A program made the position numbers and the translations under genes. The notes beneath the pieces are model-generated. The model searched no databases, was not told the DNA's origin, and saw only the letters and a list, made by a program, of their open reading frames with translations. 64,000 nucleotides of DNA from Pseudomonadota bacterium (lineage in GTDB: Bacteria > Bdellovibrionota_C > UBA2361 > OMII01): the NCBI GenBank assembly GCA_038134595.1, contig JAYPVM010000003.1:42131-106130 (forward strand), written 5' to 3'. Shown here in pieces: positions 61,312-64,000 of the stretch (within the stretch, counting starts at the first letter, position 1; the number at the start of each line of letters is the position of its first letter).

Positions 61312-63468
61312 ATGATGTACTGTACAAATGCGGTCGCCAAGTCTTTGGTCGCCAAGTCTTTCCGGCTTTTTTTCTTTTGTCTCTCGTTAACAATTCTATT
61401 AATCGGGGCAGTTCTCCTCTGTCCGCCTGATGTTTTCTCGCAGGAGAGCGCAGATTTGCCAGCAACCACTGATCTCTTTATCAGAGGAGTCCCGTTTGCA
61501 TCTAGGAATAGTGAAGTTCCGTTCAGTACGACTGTGGTTGGTGAGCAACGTTTACAAGAGAAAGGGGAGACTTCTTTCGAATACGAGATGGAAGCGATTC
61601 CGAATCTGACATGGTCATCGGGCACTTCTAGACCGCGATTTTTTCTTATAAGAGGAGTGGGTGAGTTAGAGCAATACGAAGGCGCGCCCAATCCGTCGGT
61701 TGCTACAATAGTCGATGGCATCGACTTTAGTGGATTAGGAATAACGATACCATTGTTTGACATTGAAGATGTTGAAGTTCTTCGGGGTCCACAGGGTATA
61801 TTGTTTGGCTCTAGTGCACTAGCAGGGGCAATCTCGGTCGATTCCAATGCTCCAACTTCGTATCGGAGTGGAAATGCTCAGGTGATTGTGGGTAATGACG
61901 ATTTATACTCGGGCGGCTTTGCTGTAGGGGGCGCTATTCCTGGCACTGACAAGCGGTTTCAGATGCGAGTGTCTGCATTTTCGTCGCGCCGTAATGGCTT
62001 TAGGGATAATGCTTTCCTAGGCGTTGATGATACTAACAGGCGTGAGGAATCTATTGTCCGACTGAAGGGACGATATCAGCCATCTGGCCGACTTACCGTA
62101 GATGTCACGGCGTGGCAGTCGGATTTTAACAACGGCTATGATGCGTTTGCGATTGATAACTCATTTACTACGCAATCAGATAGGCCGGGCGTGGATAAAA
62201 CATTTGTTCAAGCGGCAAGCGTACGAGTCAATTCGAAGCTCAGTCGGGGTGTGGTGTCAGAATCCATGACATCAATAGCTCGGACGGCAATCGATTACAG
62301 TTTTGATGGAGATTGGGGTAATGAGCGGCTATGGGATCCGTACAATCCGTATGATTATTTCTCCGATTCGTTTCGAGCTCGCAAAGTTATTGGACAAGAA
62401 CTTAGATTGGCCTCTGATGATGACCTCTATGTGCATGGAAGTGATTCGCGTTGGTTAACCGGTGCTTTCTTGCAGGATCTCGGTGAGGGGGTATCCATTG
62501 ATCAGTATTTTGAGGAAGATGTCTATGATGCTCTGACGAGCACGTATCGCGCGAGAACCGCTGCTGTTTTTGGTCAATTTGAGGCTCCCCTTGGCCATGG
62601 AAGGTCTTTATCAATTGGCTCAAGATTTGAACAGCGAAATACAAGATATTTTGATTCTCGTTTAGCTAATTTCTCTCCTACGTTTTCAATGGTCGGTGGT
62701 GTGGTGACGTATCAACACGAAATTACAAAATTGGCTCGCGGATATATGACTGTATCGCGGGGGTATAAAGGAGGGGGGGTTAATACCGGAGTGCAAGTAC
62801 CCGAAGAAAGGCGACAGTATAATCCTGAGTACCTGTGGAATGCCGAAGTTGGGATTAAGGGAAGCTTTTTTGAGGATGTCGTCAAGGCTAATATTTCTGT
62901 GTTTCACAATGAACGTCGTTCTCAGCAATTGAAGTTTGCGATTCAAAACGACCCAACTGATCCCTTAGCGTTCACGTATATCACGGAAAGTGTAGCGAAT
63001 GGTCGCAGTACCGGGCTTGAGCTAGATTCAACGGTGGCGCTGGGGGAGAATTGCGATTTTTTTCTTGCCGGTGGAATCATGGAATCAGAATTGATTTCCG
63101 TTCCGGATGAGAGTGTCAGTCTGGCGGGACGAGCCTTCTCAGTGGCACCATCATGGCAGTATTCTACCGGATTGCGCTTTTCTTTCTCGCGTGGGCTCTT
63201 CTCTCGGATAGAAGTTACGGGTAAAGATTCTTTTTATTTCGATGATAGCCATAACCAGCATAGCAATCCCTATTCGCTGGTTAATATATCTACCGGATGG
63301 CGGCATGAGAGCTGGAGTATAGTGGCATGGAGTCGAAATATTTTTAATCAATCGTATGATACCCGAGGGTTCTTTTTTGGAAATGAGCCTCCTGATTATC
63401 CAACGCGCTTGTACGTACAGAGAGGTGATCCGCGCTCGTTCGGCATGACGGTAGCGTACAACTTTTAA
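61312..63468 (+). CDS. TonB-dependent receptor, likely thiamine/precursor uptake
   Basis: IRGV, VDGI, VEVLRGPQG.LFG plug motifs, C-terminal PRSFGMTVAYNF; TPP riboswitch upstream. Confidence 0.92.
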   Translation: MMYCTNAVAKSLVAKSFRLFFFCLSLTILLIGAVLLCPPDVFSQESADLPATTDLFIRGVPFASRNSEVPFSTTVVGEQRLQEKGETSFEYEMEAIPNLTWSSGTSRPRFFLIRGVGELEQYEGAPNPSVATIVDGIDFSGLGITIPLFDIEDVEVLRGPQGILFGSSALAGAISVDSNAPTSYRSGNAQVIVGNDDLYSGGFAVGGAIPGTDKRFQMRVSAFSSRRNGFRDNAFLGVDDTNRREESIVRLKGRYQPSGRLTVDVTAWQSDFNNGYDAFAIDNSFTTQSDRPGVDKTFVQAASVRVNSKLSRGVVSESMTSIARTAIDYSFDGDWGNERLWDPYNPYDYFSDSFRARKVIGQELRLASDDDLYVHGSDSRWLTGAFLQDLGEGVSIDQYFEEDVYDALTSTYRARTAAVFGQFEAPLGHGRSLSIGSRFEQRNTRYFDSRLANFSPTFSMVGGVVTYQHEITKLARGYMTVSRGYKGGGVNTGVQVPEERRQYNPEYLWNAEVGIKGSFFEDVVKANISVFHNERRSQQLKFAIQNDPTDPLAFTYITESVANGRSTGLELDSTVALGENCDFFLAGGIMESELISVPDESVSLAGRAFSVAPSWQYSTGLRFSFSRGLFSRIEVTGKDSFYFDDSHNQHSNPYSLVNISTGWRHESWSIVAWSRNIFNQSYDTRGFFFGNEPPDYPTRLYVQRGDPRSFGMTVAYNF

Positions 63469-63586
63469 AGAGTTCGTCTGTCTATTCTCCAATATGAGAT
63501 GAGTCATCTAGAGCACCTTAGTTGGCGGCTATAGTGGACTATCGAGGTTGTATGTCGATATGTGACGACACAGTTGCGTTGGAGGC

Positions 63587-63994
63587 GTGATGAGCGAAGA
63601 GAACCGAGAGGGCTTTGCTGTAGAGGTTGTTTTTAATGGCGTTAAGGAGTCAGAGGCGCTCCGTGCCAAGGGGGAGTCGTTACTGCAAAAGTTAATGCTG
63701 CAAAGGCCTCAGGTTATGTGGGCGCAGATGGTTCTTGAGTCAAACCACCGTCACCATCATCAGGGAAACTTGTTTCAAGCTCGTATACACGTGCACTGCG
63801 CAGGTCAGGATATTGATATTACGCGCGAGTCCGGACAGAACCACGCGCACGCAGACCCTTATGTAGCGATGCGAGATGCCTTTTATGCGGCTCGCCGCAA
63901 GCTCGATGAGTTTGGGACGCGAAGGAGTGGACAGCAAGCTCGGCATGAGCGAGTTCGGTATAATGGTAATCCGCGACATAATCCTCTGGACTAG
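63587..63994 (+). CDS. HPF/RaiA-family ribosome-associated protein
   Basis: HRHHHQGNLFQARIHV...DPYVAMRDAF.AARRKL. Confidence 0.82.
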   Translation: MMSEENREGFAVEVVFNGVKESEALRAKGESLLQKLMLQRPQVMWAQMVLESNHRHHHQGNLFQARIHVHCAGQDIDITRESGQNHAHADPYVAMRDAFYAARRKLDEFGTRRSGQQARHERVRYNGNPRHNPLD

Positions 63995-64000
63995 TTCGTG

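Overview
Bacterial chromosomal window from a Gram-negative organism: LPS genes kdsA/lptC/lptA, futalosine gene mqnB and secreted proteases suggest a deltaproteobacteria/Bdellovibrionota-like lineage, which is my inference and not a database result. Most of it is housekeeping (leuS, cca, ychF, pyrG-kdsA-lptC-lptA, rlmI, phoB/phoR-like pair, mltA, aroD, aroB, mqnB, coaE, hflX, tsaD, rsmA). RNA features are four tRNA genes (Asp cut by the window edge, Ile-GAT, Ala-TGC, and a CAT tRNA that is probably Ile2), RNase P RNA and a TPP riboswitch ahead of a TonB-dependent receptor. The main accessory feature is a ~6.9 kb decayed integrative island (9387-16266) in the CAT tRNA, bounded by a perfect 54-bp direct repeat. 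It carries a truncated tyrosine integrase, an apparently intact IS3-family element and a tightly packed six-gene enzyme cassette (two histidine phosphatases, two SDR oxidoreductases, an atypical large NDP-kinase-fold protein and a NUDIX hydrolase). This cassette is the best candidate for an undescribed nucleotide/small-molecule pathway. Other oddities are two adjacent full-length proteins that have lost catalytic motifs (DNA-methyltransferase-like and CobB-like) separated by a triple-hairpin spacer, an rRNA-spacer-type tRNA-Ile/tRNA-Ala pair with no rRNA, and a small membrane protein with a CxxCH motif. No CRISPR array or rRNA gene was seen. All calls come from reading motifs by eye; no searches were run.
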